IMG/VR virus record: IMGVR_UViG_2778261277_000006 | Coordinates: 1-28,255 of that record | DNA: 28,255 nucleotides | Direction: 5' to 3' (one strand) | DNA from: a virus | Lineage: Duplodnaviria > Heunggongvirae > Uroviricota > Caudoviricetes | Shown: positions 26,975 through 28,255 of the stretch, one piece after another | How positions within the stretch are numbered: the first letter of the stretch is position 1 | Layout: every line of letters begins with the position of its first letter | The notes under the pieces: model-generated | Databases searched by the model: none | The model's input: only the letters and a program-made list of their open reading frames with translations | What the model was told of the DNA's origin: nothing | Program-made: the position numbers and the translations under genes

Positions 26975-27234
26975 CGCCCTTCCTCACATAACATCGGCGT
27001 TTTGTAACGAATTTTAAATTTACCAAAGTTATTATCACCAATCTTTGGTGCCCGAAACTCAATACGCTCTACGTTCTCCATCCGCTCGCTACCAAAAGAT
27101 AACAGAGTCTCTGCCGATACAATTTGCTCATAAACAGGCTCCAATACCTTTTTAAACGCATAGTTTTTAGGCATACAATTCCCCATATGAGTATTTGTTT
27201 TACTTTGACAGACTAAGTTAAGTTTACCTTGCAA
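26971..27234 (-). CDS. Hypothetical small protein (first gene of nin-region moron)
   Basis: Track ORF starts with TTG; likely real start at ATG ~27174 (MPKNYAFKKVLEPVYEQIVSAETLL..., ~67 aa); overlaps the downstream membrane-protein gene by 4 nt. Confidence 0.4.
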   Translation of the reverse strand: MQGKLNLVCQSKTNTHMGNCMPKNYAFKKVLEPVYEQIVSAETLLSFGSERMENVERIEFRAPKIGDNNFGKFKIRYKTPMLCEEGR

Positions 27235-27248
27235 GTAACATTAGTCAA
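27221..27248 (-). promoter_or_regulatory. Candidate sigma70 promoter for the nin-region moron
   Basis: Minus strand TTGACT (plus ~27243-27248), 16-nt spacer, TAAACT (plus ~27221-27226). Confidence 0.35.
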
Positions 27249-27420
27249 CCAAGCAAAAAATCTGTCATTCATTGTTATCATGCTCAACAAAATAAATCAC
27301 TCAGACCACTAATCCACATTATCTGCTACCAGCCCTGATGTGGCTGGTCAGTCTTTTAAACCTGCATGTCACCACATACCACCATTGCAACTCCTACAGC
27401 GATGAATGCTTCAGGCCATA

Positions 27421-28077
27421 TCATTGATTCACCTCCTGCGGCGGTTCTGGTAGCAGCATCCAGTGAGTGGCCTGTTCAATACCATTACCTGGCTTAATCG
27501 TTGCATCTCCTCGCCGGAATGTGCTTCCGGTATAGCGTGCGGAGCATATTAGCGGTTTAACCAGAGAGCTATCGAAATTCACCGAAATAAGCACGTTCTG
27601 GCCCTTTTCAGGCATTCGATCACTACAGCTTATCCAACTATCCGGAGTTACCGGAGAGTTGCCGGGTTCTTTAATGTGCAAGCGAGGCTCACCATCCTTT
27701 GGCTCAGGCCACTGGCGCTCCATGTTGATCTTCAATTTATCTTCCATAGCAGCGGTAATTTCAGCATCGCTGATGCCAGCACGGCGCTGTGCATCCCACA
27801 ACAGAAACTGCATATCAGCCCACTCGCTAAGATCATCTTGTTCGGCTGCGGCTTCCAGTGCCTCTTTTGAGAGATGTTTCAGCGGACCAATGGGGCCAAC
27901 GCAGCCAAATGTGGAGTCAGACCATTTGGCATGCTCGTGGCGAATCTGTTCGCGTTCCAGTGATGCCAGCGCAATCCGTGCCAGTTCACGAATCTCACCG
28001 CCGTCTATATCGTCAATGTCATCACGGCCAGAAATGTTAGCCAGCCATTGCAGTCGCTCTTTGGTAATAGTGGTCAT
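27421..28077 (-). CDS. Prophage protein with DUF550-like N-terminal and DUF551-like C-terminal regions
   Basis: 218 aa, ATG with AAGGAG 7 nt upstream; C-terminal ...ATHWMLLPEPP matches the recalled DUF551 signature; N-terminal acidic helical region (...EWADMQFLLWDAQRRAG...). Domain names are from memory. Confidence 0.6.
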   Translation of the reverse strand: MTTITKERLQWLANISGRDDIDDIDGGEIRELARIALASLEREQIRHEHAKWSDSTFGCVGPIGPLKHLSKEALEAAAEQDDLSEWADMQFLLWDAQRRAGISDAEITAAMEDKLKINMERQWPEPKDGEPRLHIKEPGNSPVTPDSWISCSDRMPEKGQNVLISVNFDSSLVKPLICSARYTGSTFRRGDATIKPGNGIEQATHWMLLPEPPQEVNQ

Positions 28078-28086
28078 GTGTTACTC

Positions 28087-28255
28087 CTTAACCCGCTGTG
28101 CTTTCAACTGACGAGGGGAACAAAATCTTTTCTTCAAATCCGGCATTCATATCATGGACAGCAACACACCAATCCATCGACGAACGATTATCAAGAGCCT
28201 CCATGATTTCATCCATGCGGCGTAGGTCATACAGGTAAATGTTTTTATCGCCAAT
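28087..28255 (-). CDS. 3' end of an upstream nin/early-region gene (5' part beyond window end)
   Basis: Open minus-strand frame reads ...IGDKNIYLYDLRRMDEIMEALDNRSSMDWCVAVHDMNAGFEEKILFPSSVESTAG*, with its stop overlapping the RBS of the next gene. Confidence 0.5.

Noticed and set aside
1-28255. CRISPR array, insertion sequence, or integrase/att site
   Set aside because: No regularly spaced direct repeats, no transposase-like ORF with terminal inverted repeats, and no integrase gene were seen; prophage ends presumably lie outside the window.

Overview
This window is about 28 kb of a lambda-type (lambdoid) prophage of an Escherichia/Shigella-like host, with almost all genes on the minus strand. 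Read on the minus strand from high to low coordinates it runs: nin-region accessory genes (28255-25037), a rusA homologue interrupted by an in-frame amber codon, a small Q-family antiterminator-like gene (24678-24325), about 3.3 kb of apparent cargo, a candidate late promoter and terminator (about 21136-21004), a lysis cassette (S21-like pinholin, an unexpected 183-codon gene, lysozyme-type endolysin, Rz with embedded Rz1), cos (about 18262-18095), and a complete lambda-like head and tail gene set from Nu1 through J (18074-1), with J running off the window start. The cargo holds an AT-rich plus-strand two-gene operon and a small wHTH-like gene followed by an orphan N6-adenine methyltransferase. 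Structural gene calls rest on direct recognition of the translated ORFs as lambda gene products. The most interesting candidates are the AT-rich two-gene operon at 22945-24276 (a soluble 273-aa protein plus a 4-TM membrane protein, a RexA/RexB-like architecture), the insertion between holin and endolysin, and a nin-region moron with its own promoter and terminator. None of these could be tied to a named family from sequence alone. No tRNA, rRNA, CRISPR array, IS element or integrase/att site was seen. Promoter, terminator and repeat coordinates are hand-read and approximate (about 2 nt); one hand count near 24900-25040 disagreed with the ORF track by 1 nt.
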